Below are positions 55,466 to 64,000 of a stretch of 64,000 nt of DNA, piece after piece. The stretch is from an uncultured delta proteobacterium (GTDB taxonomy: Bacteria > Myxococcota_A > Polyangia > Polyangiales > Polyangiaceae). Numbering within the stretch: position 1 is the first letter of the stretch; each line of letters starts with the position of its first letter. Under the pieces are notes generated by a model that saw only the letters and a list, made by a program, of their open reading frames with translations, had not been told where the DNA came from and made no database searches. Where the stretch lies: the NCBI GenBank assembly GCA_963850305.1, contig CAWKKR010000006.1, forward strand, positions 32,001 to 96,000. Reading direction: 5' to 3'. The position numbers were made by a program, and so were the translations under genes.

Positions 55466-56248
55466 ATGAGTCGAACCAGCGCGAGGTTCTTGCTGTCATT
55501 GCTCTTCTGTCTGCTGCTCGTATCAGTCTCGCGAGCCGACGACGGTCTCACGGCGGATCAGATCGCGGCGCACATCGTTCAGGGGAACGGCTTCACATGG
55601 GAGGGCGCGGAGACGCGCCTCCGAATGACGCTCATCGATCGGAATGGTGGGACGAGCGAGCGCAGCATGACCGTGCTCGGTCGTCGAAAGGACGGGTTGC
55701 TGGAGAGCAAGGTTCGGTTCACGGCGCCTTCCGACGTTGCGGGGACGACGTTTCTGACTCTCGAAAAAGCCGGCGGCGGCAGCGAGCAGTATGTCTATTT
55801 GCCCGGGTTGCATCGCACGCGCCGCATAGTCGGGCGAGAGCGGGAAGGAAGCTTCATGGGCAGCGATTTCACCTACGGAGATCTCGAGCGAAAGTCCGAC
55901 AAGGGAGGGAAGCACGTCCGGCTGCCGGACGAGATGATCGGCAGCGATGCGACCTACGTCCTCGAAACGACGCCTGGGTCCGTCGAGCTCACGGGCTATT
56001 CGAAGGTACGAACCTGGATCCGGAAGAAGGACTTCGTTCCGATCCGGACGCGGTTCTTCGACACATCAGGTAAGCCGTCGAAGACGCTCTACGTCAAGCG
56101 GATCCGGGATTTCGAAGGCAAGCCGACGATCGTCGAGGCACGTATGCAGAGCGAGAGTGGTCACGCGACGGAGCTCGTGGTGGATTCGCTCGAACGAAAA
56201 GACGATCTACCCGATTCGGACTTCTCGCCTACCGGTCTCGACCGCTGA
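55466..56248 (+). CDS. LolA-like outer membrane lipoprotein-sorting protein
   Basis: Signal peptide; RFTAPSDVAGTTFL, QYVYLPGL.RTRRI, SFMGSDFTYGDL and YSKVRTWI. Confidence 0.88.
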   Translation: MSRTSARFLLSLLFCLLLVSVSRADDGLTADQIAAHIVQGNGFTWEGAETRLRMTLIDRNGGTSERSMTVLGRRKDGLLESKVRFTAPSDVAGTTFLTLEKAGGGSEQYVYLPGLHRTRRIVGREREGSFMGSDFTYGDLERKSDKGGKHVRLPDEMIGSDATYVLETTPGSVELTGYSKVRTWIRKKDFVPIRTRFFDTSGKPSKTLYVKRIRDFEGKPTIVEARMQSESGHATELVVDSLERKDDLPDSDFSPTGLDR

Positions 56249-56250
56249 GA

Positions 56251-56805
56251 TCAAGTCCGCGGGGCAATCTTGGCGAGGGTGCGAAGTACGGCGGCCATCG
56301 GCTTCGAACCGAGGCGGAGAAAGAGTTCGATGAGACGCGACAGATCCTCGACGAACTTCGTGAAGCGATCGGCCCGGGCGCAAATCTCCGCCGCAGCCGC
56401 GGTTTGAGCCTTTACGGCCTCTAGCGTCGCCCGCGTGCGGCGCATCGCTTGCAGAACCGGCACGAACTCTCTGTGATGACGCTCCGCTACGATTCTCAAA
56501 AACCAGACCCAGGGGTCGTGGTTGGTGAGATATCGTCGGCCCTCGGCACTCTCCTGGGACTCGACGACGCCCCAATCGACGAGCTCGTCCACGTGCCGGC
56601 ACGCGTCGGCGACGGGGATTCCGAGCCTCTCCGCTACGCGAGATTCGTCGAGGGGCTCGAGAGCGATGTATATGAGAGCATGCGCGCGCCCGAGGTCTCT
56701 GGCCATCCCGAATGCTTGCGCGAGCCCTCCCCAGTTCTCCACGAAGGCATGCTCGCCCGCGGTTACCGGGTCGGCGCTCTGCGTCTCATCGACGTTTCGA
56801 GCCAT
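56251..56805 (-). CDS. GbsR/MarR-family transcriptional regulator
   Basis: FVENWGGLAQAFGMARDLGRAHALIYI..EPL, winged HTH (ELVDWGVV) and RHHREFVPVL. Confidence 0.8.
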   Translation of the reverse strand: MARNVDETQSADPVTAGEHAFVENWGGLAQAFGMARDLGRAHALIYIALEPLDESRVAERLGIPVADACRHVDELVDWGVVESQESAEGRRYLTNHDPWVWFLRIVAERHHREFVPVLQAMRRTRATLEAVKAQTAAAAEICARADRFTKFVEDLSRLIELFLRLGSKPMAAVLRTLAKIAPRT

Positions 56806-56836
56806 GCGCCCTTCTAACATCAAATCGCGGGGCAAG

Positions 56837-58414
56837 ATGCGCGAACGCCGGTGGGCCGTGGCTGTATTCTGGACCCTTTTGCTGTCAGCCCGGGCGGTGT
56901 TCGCGGATGACGTCGTGGTCGATCCGGAGCTCCAAGGGGTCAAAGCGAACGAGCCTGCCAAACCTTCGGACGTCGTGGTCACTGATCCCGAACTGGCGGG
57001 TTCCACGCCCGCGAAGAAGATCGACACGTCGGTCGCGCCGGCCGCCTCCGACACCATCTGGCGGGCGTCCATACACAGCCGATGGGGGGTCGACACACAC
57101 GGGTCGATGAGCACGGAGGACATCGTCGAAGGAACGACGGTCGCTTCGCTCGACGCCGTGGAGCGACGGTCGGATGCGCTGATGTTCTCGGTGGGAATGC
57201 GCGCGCGTCATTCGTACGCGCATGCGCGCGGAGGCGGGGATCGAAGCGAGCTCGTTTTCGAGCCGACGTCGGCGTTCGTCGATGTGACGCCCGCGGACGG
57301 TTACCACTTTCGAGCTGGTTACCAGAACATCGCGATGGGCCGTTTCGACGTGTTCAGCGCTACGAACTTTCTGGCGGTGTACGACCTCGAGAGCGGCCCC
57401 GTCACGATGCCGGAGGCATCCATCATTGCGCAGCCGGCGCTCCGATTCGACTTCGATCGCGTGCAGGGGTTTGCGCTGCAGGCGTACTATGTGCCATTTT
57501 TTCAGCCGGATCGCGTCGCGCTCTACGGTAGCGACTACGCGTTGCTCTCGCCGTCCGTGTTGAGCTACCTGACGCCGGCGACGTCAGGCGGCGCTGCGCC
57601 TCGGTCGTCTTCTGAATTCAATCGATCTCAGATCGCGAACGCGTCCACGGGGGTGCTCTCGGCACTCGGGCCTGCGCCGGATCTATCCCATCCCCAGGGT
57701 GCCCTGCGCGCGACACTTCACGGGTCGGCTGGCGAGCTTTCGGGCACCGTCGGGACGGCTCTCGAGAAACTGCCCGCGCTCGGCCCGGATCCGAACACCC
57801 TTGTCGACTATGGCCGGTACGAGGTCGCGACCCTCGACGGCGCTATTGGAGTGGGGCCGATTCAGTTCGGTGCGGAGGCGGCGTACATGGCAAACCGCAC
57901 CCTCGGCGCGATCCGGGTTTCGACCCCGCCCGTGACCAGTCCCGACCAACCCAGGACAGAAGCTGCCAGCGCCAAGACGAACGTCGTCCAGGGCGCTCTC
58001 CGCGCCGAACTCGTCGATGCGTCCGGTTGGGCCGCAGAGGTCGAGGGTTTCGTGCTCGAGACTCTCTCCGCGGCGCCGAATCTGCCGCCGACGCTCGGGA
58101 GCACGGCGACGCGCTACGAGTGGTTCACGCTTCAAGACGGGCGCTATTGGAGTGGAGTGGCGGGTGGCGTGCATTATGCTCCCGACGGGGCGCGGTTCCG
58201 TCTCGAACTCGGTGGCGTGTGGTTCACCGGGCCCACGTACGCGGTGTTGCCGCGCGTGGAATGGGAGGTGGTGCCGACGGTGTTCTTCGAACTCGGGGGG
58301 GCGTTCGTCGGTGGACCACGTCCTCAGACGCCGCTCGGTTCGTCCCTCGTTTCGTTGGGCGGACTCTTCACGGACGTCGATCAGGTGTACGCGGGTGTCC
58401 GATGGACGCCATGA
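56837..58414 (+). CDS. Putative outer-membrane beta-barrel protein (DUF1302-like)
   Basis: Signal peptide, alternating amphipathic strands, RAGYQ.IAMGRFD, YVPFFQP, and terminal strand DQVYAGVRWTP. Confidence 0.7.
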   Translation: MRERRWAVAVFWTLLLSARAVFADDVVVDPELQGVKANEPAKPSDVVVTDPELAGSTPAKKIDTSVAPAASDTIWRASIHSRWGVDTHGSMSTEDIVEGTTVASLDAVERRSDALMFSVGMRARHSYAHARGGGDRSELVFEPTSAFVDVTPADGYHFRAGYQNIAMGRFDVFSATNFLAVYDLESGPVTMPEASIIAQPALRFDFDRVQGFALQAYYVPFFQPDRVALYGSDYALLSPSVLSYLTPATSGGAAPRSSSEFNRSQIANASTGVLSALGPAPDLSHPQGALRATLHGSAGELSGTVGTALEKLPALGPDPNTLVDYGRYEVATLDGAIGVGPIQFGAEAAYMANRTLGAIRVSTPPVTSPDQPRTEAASAKTNVVQGALRAELVDASGWAAEVEGFVLETLSAAPNLPPTLGSTATRYEWFTLQDGRYWSGVAGGVHYAPDGARFRLELGGVWFTGPTYAVLPRVEWEVVPTVFFELGGAFVGGPRPQTPLGSSLVSLGGLFTDVDQVYAGVRWTP

Positions 58415-58423
58415 GTCGCGGTG

Positions 58424-60244
58424 CTATCGCGCGACCGGTTTGCCGAAGAATTTCGTGAGCAGGCTGCTGGGGCCGTACGCGACACGAACGAAATCCGCCT
58501 TGGGTTCCGTGTCGCTTTCGCCGAGATGGGGCGGCACGAACGGCGCATAGCCACTTCCGTGCCACTTTAGCCAAACGTACCTCGGATCCTCGAGCGGGCG
58601 ATGGAAGCGTGCGAGGATTTCGAGAGGTCGTCCGTCGGACGTGACTTTGGAGATGGTCACACGAAAGTCGTCGAGCTCGATTCGATCTCCGACGGCGAAC
58701 GGGCGTTTTCGTGTGTTGCGGAAGAGGCGTTCACTCGGGAGTACGAGGTATCCGCCGTCTTGACGGACGCGCAGGGTCGTTTCATCGACGCGAGTGACGT
58801 GGACGACGCCCGCGCTCGTGGCCAGCCAATGCTGAGCCCGGGCCAGCGGCGCGCCGAGTGCAGCCCGCGTCACGGGGATATACGCGGCGAAGGGATCCGC
58901 AGCGGGGTTCAGGTAGATGACGATGCGGTGCTCGATGTCCGGGGTCGACGGAATGGTCTCGTCGGCGCGGGCGATCGCGGCGCGCACGGCGGCGATTCCC
59001 GTCGAGCGAAAGGGCAAGAGGAGTGGCCGGAGCACCAGATGGACGACGACCACCGCGAAGGCCGCGACCGGTGCAACGCGACCGCGCAGACCGTCGAACG
59101 ACGGCCCATCCACGAACCGTACGAAGAACTGAGCCGTCAGTGCGCTAGCGCCCACGGCGATCCACGGCAGCAGCCGATCTGCGGGGAAGCTGCCGCACGC
59201 AGGAAGAGTTCCGAGGGTCGCGCCGAGGAGCCAGAATCGAGCCGTCCGCTCGGTTCGAAAGAGGGGCCAGAACAAGATTCCGACGCCGCCTATCACCGCG
59301 ACCGCAACCGCGGCGACGATATATTGAAGTCCAGGTAGCAACACGGAGTAAGCGTTCCAGCCTTCGGACCAGGGGCCGCCGAGTTGCGCGAACCAGAGCG
59401 CCGCGAAGCGCTCGGGAAGCGCACGAAGGAAGTCGCCCGGGTCCCGCAGAGGATCGAAGTAGAGGCCCGATCCCGCGATGCCGAAGCCAAGTCCCCGATA
59501 AGTGGCCCCCCAGATGAGTACGGTGCCGGCAAATGGCCAGAGCCGTGCCAGCCGTCGGGTGAGAGGTCCCTCCTCGAGAAAGACTTCACTTGCGAAGAGG
59601 TAGGCCGTGATGGCCAAGGCGCCCTCGCTCGCGAGCAGCGCCGCGGCGAAGGCCAGGGGGGCGAACCACGCCGCGGCGCGGCGTCCCGCACGTCCTTCGC
59701 GGTACCAGACCAGCGCCCAGATCGAGAGCCCACAAGCGATGATCTCGTGCCGGTTCGCAATCCACGTCACCGGCGTTCCACGTGCGTCGTCGAGCGCGTA
59801 GATGGCGAGCGCGAGCACGGCGAGCCACCCTCGTCCGTGGATCGCCAGGAAGAGGCGGCGGACAGCGAAGAGCGCAACGACCGCCCAGGCCAGCGTGTGA
59901 AGGTGCATCCACACGGCGTTTCCTGGCAAAATTAGATGATCGAACCAGTGCGTCGCTGAAGCCAGCGGCCGAAAAAAAACGAAGCGCACGTTCGGGTCGA
60001 TCCACCAGGGAAGGATGCCCTCGTTGACCAGCACGTGGTTCGTTGCAGGACTCGCGAAACGAAATAAATCGAGCGGCGAGCGGCTCAGACCCGGCAGCGG
60101 ATTCGAGGAAAGCTCGAGTTCATGAAAGTAATCGTCGGCTCCGAGACCCGAGAAGAGCGATGGTGAGGCCAGCAACGTACCGAGAAAGATGAGCCAGAGG
60201 TCCGCCCGAGGGCGGGACAGCACGCGACGGATCGATTCGTACAT
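58424..60244 (-). CDS. TMTC-like GT-C membrane glycosyltransferase (paralog 1)
   Basis: DD after TM1 (GADDYFH), FFRPL..THWFD, MHLHTL, W.ANR, LLASE and DRLL; C-terminal soluble domain. Confidence 0.7.
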   Translation of the reverse strand: MYESIRRVLSRPRADLWLIFLGTLLASPSLFSGLGADDYFHELELSSNPLPGLSRSPLDLFRFASPATNHVLVNEGILPWWIDPNVRFVFFRPLASATHWFDHLILPGNAVWMHLHTLAWAVVALFAVRRLFLAIHGRGWLAVLALAIYALDDARGTPVTWIANRHEIIACGLSIWALVWYREGRAGRRAAAWFAPLAFAAALLASEGALAITAYLFASEVFLEEGPLTRRLARLWPFAGTVLIWGATYRGLGFGIAGSGLYFDPLRDPGDFLRALPERFAALWFAQLGGPWSEGWNAYSVLLPGLQYIVAAVAVAVIGGVGILFWPLFRTERTARFWLLGATLGTLPACGSFPADRLLPWIAVGASALTAQFFVRFVDGPSFDGLRGRVAPVAAFAVVVVHLVLRPLLLPFRSTGIAAVRAAIARADETIPSTPDIEHRIVIYLNPAADPFAAYIPVTRAALGAPLARAQHWLATSAGVVHVTRVDETTLRVRQDGGYLVLPSERLFRNTRKRPFAVGDRIELDDFRVTISKVTSDGRPLEILARFHRPLEDPRYVWLKWHGSGYAPFVPPHLGESDTEPKADFVRVAYGPSSLLTKFFGKPVAR

Positions 60245-60287
60245 GCCGGAACATCCGAGTTAGTCTCCATGCCGGCCTTCTCTGTCA

Positions 60288-62129
60288 ATGACGTCGATGC
60301 CCAGCGGGGGCTTCATCATGCGACTCCTGAACGACCTTGCTCGCCACCTCGGGGCCCTCGCATCGCGGCTTGGAACGCGCTTCGCTCGGTGCGTCGTGAT
60401 CGGGGTGGCTACGCTTTTTGCGGCAACGTCCGTGGGTCGCCATCGCGTTCTGGACGACTACGTCCTCGCCCTCATCGCGCGCGGGAAGGGTGCCCCTGTC
60501 GGACTCCCGCGCGGCGCGTTCGATCTGTTCACGTTCACGACGGGTGATCCCGCTGGCAATCGTCGGCTCATGGACGTCGGGCTGATGCTGCCGTGGTGGA
60601 CCGATCCGCACCTCCGGATTTCGTTCTTTCGTCCGCTCACGTCCTTCACGCATTGGCTCGACGAAAGACTCTGGCCCTCGAGCGCGGCGCTGATGCACCT
60701 GCATTCGTTGTTCTGGTTCGGCGCCCTGCTCGTGGCAGCCTCTGCAGTGTACGTCCGGCTGGAAGCATCGCCAGCGCTCGCGGGCCTGGCGTTATTCCTT
60801 TACGCATTCGATGACACGCACGGCCCGGCCGTGGCATGGCTCGCCAATCGCAACGCCTTGATCGCGGCGACCTTTGCTTGCTGGTGCCTCGTCGCGCACG
60901 ACCACTGGCGGCGCGGCCGGCGTCCGCTGTGGGCGGGTCCGGCCGTTCTCGCCTTCACGGTTGGACTTCTGGCGGGCGAGCTCGCGATCGGTGCGCTCGC
61001 GTATCTCGTCGCGTACGCGGCACTCGTGGATCGCGACCGTCCCATCCGTCGAGCCTTGAGCATCGTGCCGTACCTAGCCACGATCGTGACGTGGCGCATT
61101 CTGTGGTCTCGAGGTGGGTTCGGTGCGAGAGGTTCGGGCGCTTACCTCGATCCACTCACCGACCCACTCGGCTTTTTGCTGGTCCTGCCCGGAAAGCTTC
61201 TGGTGTTGCTCCAGGGGCAGTTCTCGGGGCCGCCCTCGGACCTCGCGTTTCTGTCGCCGCCCTCGGTCCAGCCAGCTCTGATCGGGCTGAGCGTCGTCAC
61301 GGCCCTCGTGCTTCTCGTCGTGTTCGTCCCGCTGGTTCGACGCGACGTGACGAGCCGGTTCTGGGCGCTTGGTATGGCGCTCTCATTGGTCCCGCTCGGC
61401 GCAACGTTTCCGAGCGATCGTCTGCTCGTGTTCGTTGGACTCGGCGCGATGGCACTTCTGGCTCGGCTCTTCACGGTGTGGATCGCTCGAGCGGGCAGCC
61501 GCGGGCGACTCGATTTCGCGACGGTCGTCGTCGCGTTGCTCGCGCTCCGGCACGTCGTCTTGGCGCCGCTTTTGTTGCCCGTGCGGGCCGCGCAGATGGA
61601 GCTGTTCGGCGTCGCCCACGATCGCGGTGCGGAGGGGATCCCGTCTGGAGCGTCGATCAGGGAGAAGACCGTGGTCGTCCTCGCCGCCCCGACGCTGCTA
61701 TTCGCGAACTACATCCAGGCCGAACGCGCGCTCACCGGTGTCCCGCGCCCCGCGCACCTCTACGTACTCGCGAGCGCGAGCTCGCAGATCGACGTGGAGC
61801 GGACGGGCCCAGAGACTTTGACGCTCCGTCCCGAGCACGGCTTTCTGTACACGCCGCTCGAGCGGCACTATCGCGGCACGGCGCCGTTTCACGTCGGGGA
61901 CCGCGTGGCTCTCTCGACGATGAGCGCGACCATCGGCGCTCTCGGCTCGGATCGCCGTCCGAGCGCCGTCGTCTTCTCGTTTCCCGAGCCTGCCGAAACC
62001 TATGTCTTCGTGAAGTGGCGGGGCGACCGCTTCGTGCCTTTCGCGTTGCCGCCGGTGGGTGGGCACGCGACGCTGCCCGAGGAGGACTTCGGCAAGATTC
62101 TGGTCGAGACTGCCATGGACGCGATTTGA
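60288..62129 (+). CDS. TMTC-like GT-C membrane glycosyltransferase (paralog 2)
   Basis: VLDDYVL, FFRPL..THWLD, MHLHSL, WLANR, LLAGE and SDRLL; collinear with paralog 1. Confidence 0.7.
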   Translation: MTSMPSGGFIMRLLNDLARHLGALASRLGTRFARCVVIGVATLFAATSVGRHRVLDDYVLALIARGKGAPVGLPRGAFDLFTFTTGDPAGNRRLMDVGLMLPWWTDPHLRISFFRPLTSFTHWLDERLWPSSAALMHLHSLFWFGALLVAASAVYVRLEASPALAGLALFLYAFDDTHGPAVAWLANRNALIAATFACWCLVAHDHWRRGRRPLWAGPAVLAFTVGLLAGELAIGALAYLVAYAALVDRDRPIRRALSIVPYLATIVTWRILWSRGGFGARGSGAYLDPLTDPLGFLLVLPGKLLVLLQGQFSGPPSDLAFLSPPSVQPALIGLSVVTALVLLVVFVPLVRRDVTSRFWALGMALSLVPLGATFPSDRLLVFVGLGAMALLARLFTVWIARAGSRGRLDFATVVVALLALRHVVLAPLLLPVRAAQMELFGVAHDRGAEGIPSGASIREKTVVVLAAPTLLFANYIQAERALTGVPRPAHLYVLASASSQIDVERTGPETLTLRPEHGFLYTPLERHYRGTAPFHVGDRVALSTMSATIGALGSDRRPSAVVFSFPEPAETYVFVKWRGDRFVPFALPPVGGHATLPEEDFGKILVETAMDAI

Positions 62130-62159
62130 GCCAAGCTTTCCGCGCTCGAGAAAGCTACG

Positions 62160-63041
62160 ATGAGCGCGGAAATGAGCTCGCGGATCTGCGTTGTTTGCCA
62201 GGGTGTGACGGACGGCGACAAAGTCGAAGAAACCAACATTCGCTCCAACGTCCGCGCCTTTCGGGATGAGACGTTCGCGTTCTGGCGATGTGCTCACTGC
62301 AAAAGCATCCACGCCCGCGACGACGTCGACCTCGCGCACTACTACGCGAAGTATCCGTTTCATGACCTGCCTGCGGACTGGCGGATCAAGACCATGTACG
62401 CGGGGCAGCTCGCGCGGCTGGAGCGGGCAGGGGTCACGCGGTCGAGCCGCGTGCTCGATTACGGCTGCGGCGGCGGACAGTTCGTCCGGTTTTTGAAGTC
62501 GCGCGGCTTCGACGACGTGCGCGGCTTCGACGAGTACAGCGAGGAATTCGGTGACCGGAGCGTCCTCGACGATCGCTATGACTGCATCGTCTCGCAGGAT
62601 GTGGTGGAGCACGTGCCGTCCCCCGCGGGCCTGTTCGCGGAATTCGAGCGGCTGACGAAGGTCGGATCGATCATCGCAATGGGGACGCCCAACGCGGCGG
62701 CCATCGATCTCGCCCGTCCGGACGCCTTCGTTCACACGATCCATGCGCCGTACCATCGGCACATTCTTTCGAAGACCGCCCTCGTCGCTGCCGGCGAACG
62801 GCAGGGTTGGTCGCTCGCGCGATTCTATCCGACGATGTATTCCAACACGCGCGTCCCGTTTCTGAATGAGGCCTTTTACCTCTATTACACGCGCATAGCG
62901 GACGGGACGCTCGACGCGCTCATGGAACCGGTACGCGTGGGGGCCCTCTTGCTCCGCGCGCCCCTCACACTTTTCTACGGGCTGTTCGGGTCATTCCTGT
63001 CGCGCAATACGGACGTGATGGCCGTGTTCCGTAGAACCTAG
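62160..63041 (+). CDS. Class I SAM-dependent methyltransferase with N-terminal Cys pairs
   Basis: CVVC...CAHC, VLDYGCGGG, DVVEHVPSP and GTPN. Confidence 0.88.
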   Translation: MSAEMSSRICVVCQGVTDGDKVEETNIRSNVRAFRDETFAFWRCAHCKSIHARDDVDLAHYYAKYPFHDLPADWRIKTMYAGQLARLERAGVTRSSRVLDYGCGGGQFVRFLKSRGFDDVRGFDEYSEEFGDRSVLDDRYDCIVSQDVVEHVPSPAGLFAEFERLTKVGSIIAMGTPNAAAIDLARPDAFVHTIHAPYHRHILSKTALVAAGERQGWSLARFYPTMYSNTRVPFLNEAFYLYYTRIADGTLDALMEPVRVGALLLRAPLTLFYGLFGSFLSRNTDVMAVFRRT

Positions 63042-63070
63042 GACGACCCAGGATCAGCCGCGATCGTTCC

Positions 63071-64000
63071 ATGCTCGACAAGGTTCGTTCCGCCCTCGAA
63101 CGCTTCGCTGCATGGAAATATGCGGCCACGGTCGTGGTCGTTTTTGGGGGGGCGCTCGTTGCGCCATCGATCGGCTCTGGCCTCGCCGCGGACGACTGGT
63201 TTCACCGGCTGGTGCTCACGGGCTCGAACGCCGTCGGCGGCGTTCATCATCGACCGCTCGATCTCTTCGTATTCTCCGACGGAAATCCGGCGGTCGGGCG
63301 AGCGCAGCAGGAGTCGGGGCTCATCGGCTGGTGGGCGGATCCCGGCGCGGCGCTCGCCTATTTTCGCCCACTCTCTGCCGCGACGCACTGGCTGGACTAT
63401 CGGCTCTGGCCGAACGCCCCGTGGGCGATGCACGTGCACAGCCTGGTCTGGTTCGTGCTCGGCCTCGTCGCCCTGTCGCGCGTTTATCGACGATTCGCGG
63501 AACCGGCGTGGGTCGCGATCCTCGCCCTGCTTCTCTACGCTGTCGACGATGCGCATGGCTTCGTCGTTTCGTGGATCGCCAACCGGAATGCGCTCATCAC
63601 GCTGGCGCTCGGGTTGCCCGTGCTGGTGCTCCACGATCGTGGCCGCCGGCAGGGAGCAGCGTCGTCGCGATGGTTCGCGACGGCGCTCTTTTTCGTCGCT
63701 CTGTTCGCGGGCGAGTCTGCGGTCGCGGTCGGCGGGTATCTCGTCGCGTACGCAGCATTCCTGGAACCCGGACCGTGGAAACGTCGCGCGGCGTCTCTCC
63801 TGCCTTACATGGTCGCGTTCGTCGTCTGGCGTGTAATATACGCGGGGTTGGGATACGGCACCCATGGGTCCGGGCTTGCCATCGATCCCATACACGAACC
63901 TGTCGCGTTCATCCACGCGCTCGCCGTTCGGCTGCCGATACTGCTCGTCGCTCAGTTTGCGCTTCCACCGTCGGATCTCTGGGAAGTCTTCCAGACGATC
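63071..64000 (+). CDS. TMTC-like GT-C membrane glycosyltransferase (paralog 3), runs off the window end
   Basis: Not in the ORF track. Manual translation from ATG 63071 gives MLDKVRS...GLAADDWFH...DLFVFSDG...WWADP...YFRPLSAATHWLD..LWP...MHVHSLVW...YAVDDAHG..VSWIANR. Confidence 0.8.
   Translation, partial: MLDKVRSALERFAAWKYAATVVVVFGGALVAPSIGSGLAADDWFHRLVLTGSNAVGGVHHRPLDLFVFSDGNPAVGRAQQESGLIGWWADPGAALAYFRPLSAATHWLDYRLWPNAPWAMHVHSLVWFVLGLVALSRVYRRFAEPAWVAILALLLYAVDDAHGFVVSWIANRNALITLALGLPVLVLHDRGRRQGAASSRWFATALFFVALFAGESAVAVGGYLVAYAAFLEPGPWKRRAASLLPYMVAFVVWRVIYAGLGYGTHGSGLAIDPIHEPVAFIHALAVRLPILLVAQFALPPSDLWEVFQTI

Noticed and set aside
50527..64000. Prophage or integrative element at tRNA-Val
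   Set aside because: No integrase, phage genes or downstream att duplication seen in the window; composition looks like the rest.

Overview
High-GC, gene-dense bacterial chromosome segment. Gene content points to Myxococcota, probably Polyangiales (inference): a MYXO-CTERM-like tail, Gly/Cys-rich lipoproteins, a PilT paralog and a myxobacterial-type di-heme lipoprotein. Housekeeping genes: bioA, tyrS, metG, bioB, lpxB, glnD, parAB, tig-clpP-clpX-lon and tRNA-Val(TAC). Accessory loci: (i) an AUR1/IPC-synthase-like PAP2 gene and a GT-C-like membrane protein; (ii) a hairpin-flanked mini-cassette at 8.8-9.4 kb; (iii) orphan eboA and eboB genes split by a di-heme cytochrome lipoprotein gene; (iv) two convergent circularly-permuted ATP-grasp/alpha-E/transglutaminase operons, one ending in a poly-Gln tail; (v) the best candidate for an undescribed system, from tRNA-Val to the window end. 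This last locus holds a CrtC/AttH-like domain fused to a polyprenyl synthase, two Cys-rich lipoproteins, a LolA-like protein, a GbsR-type regulator, an outer-membrane barrel, three TMTC-like GT-C paralogs and a methyltransferase. All three frameshifts seen can be repaired by a 1-nt change at a GATC, which suggests methylation-linked sequencing error rather than pseudogenes. Family calls come from motif recognition only; no searches were run. No CRISPR array, rRNA, integrase or transposase was seen.
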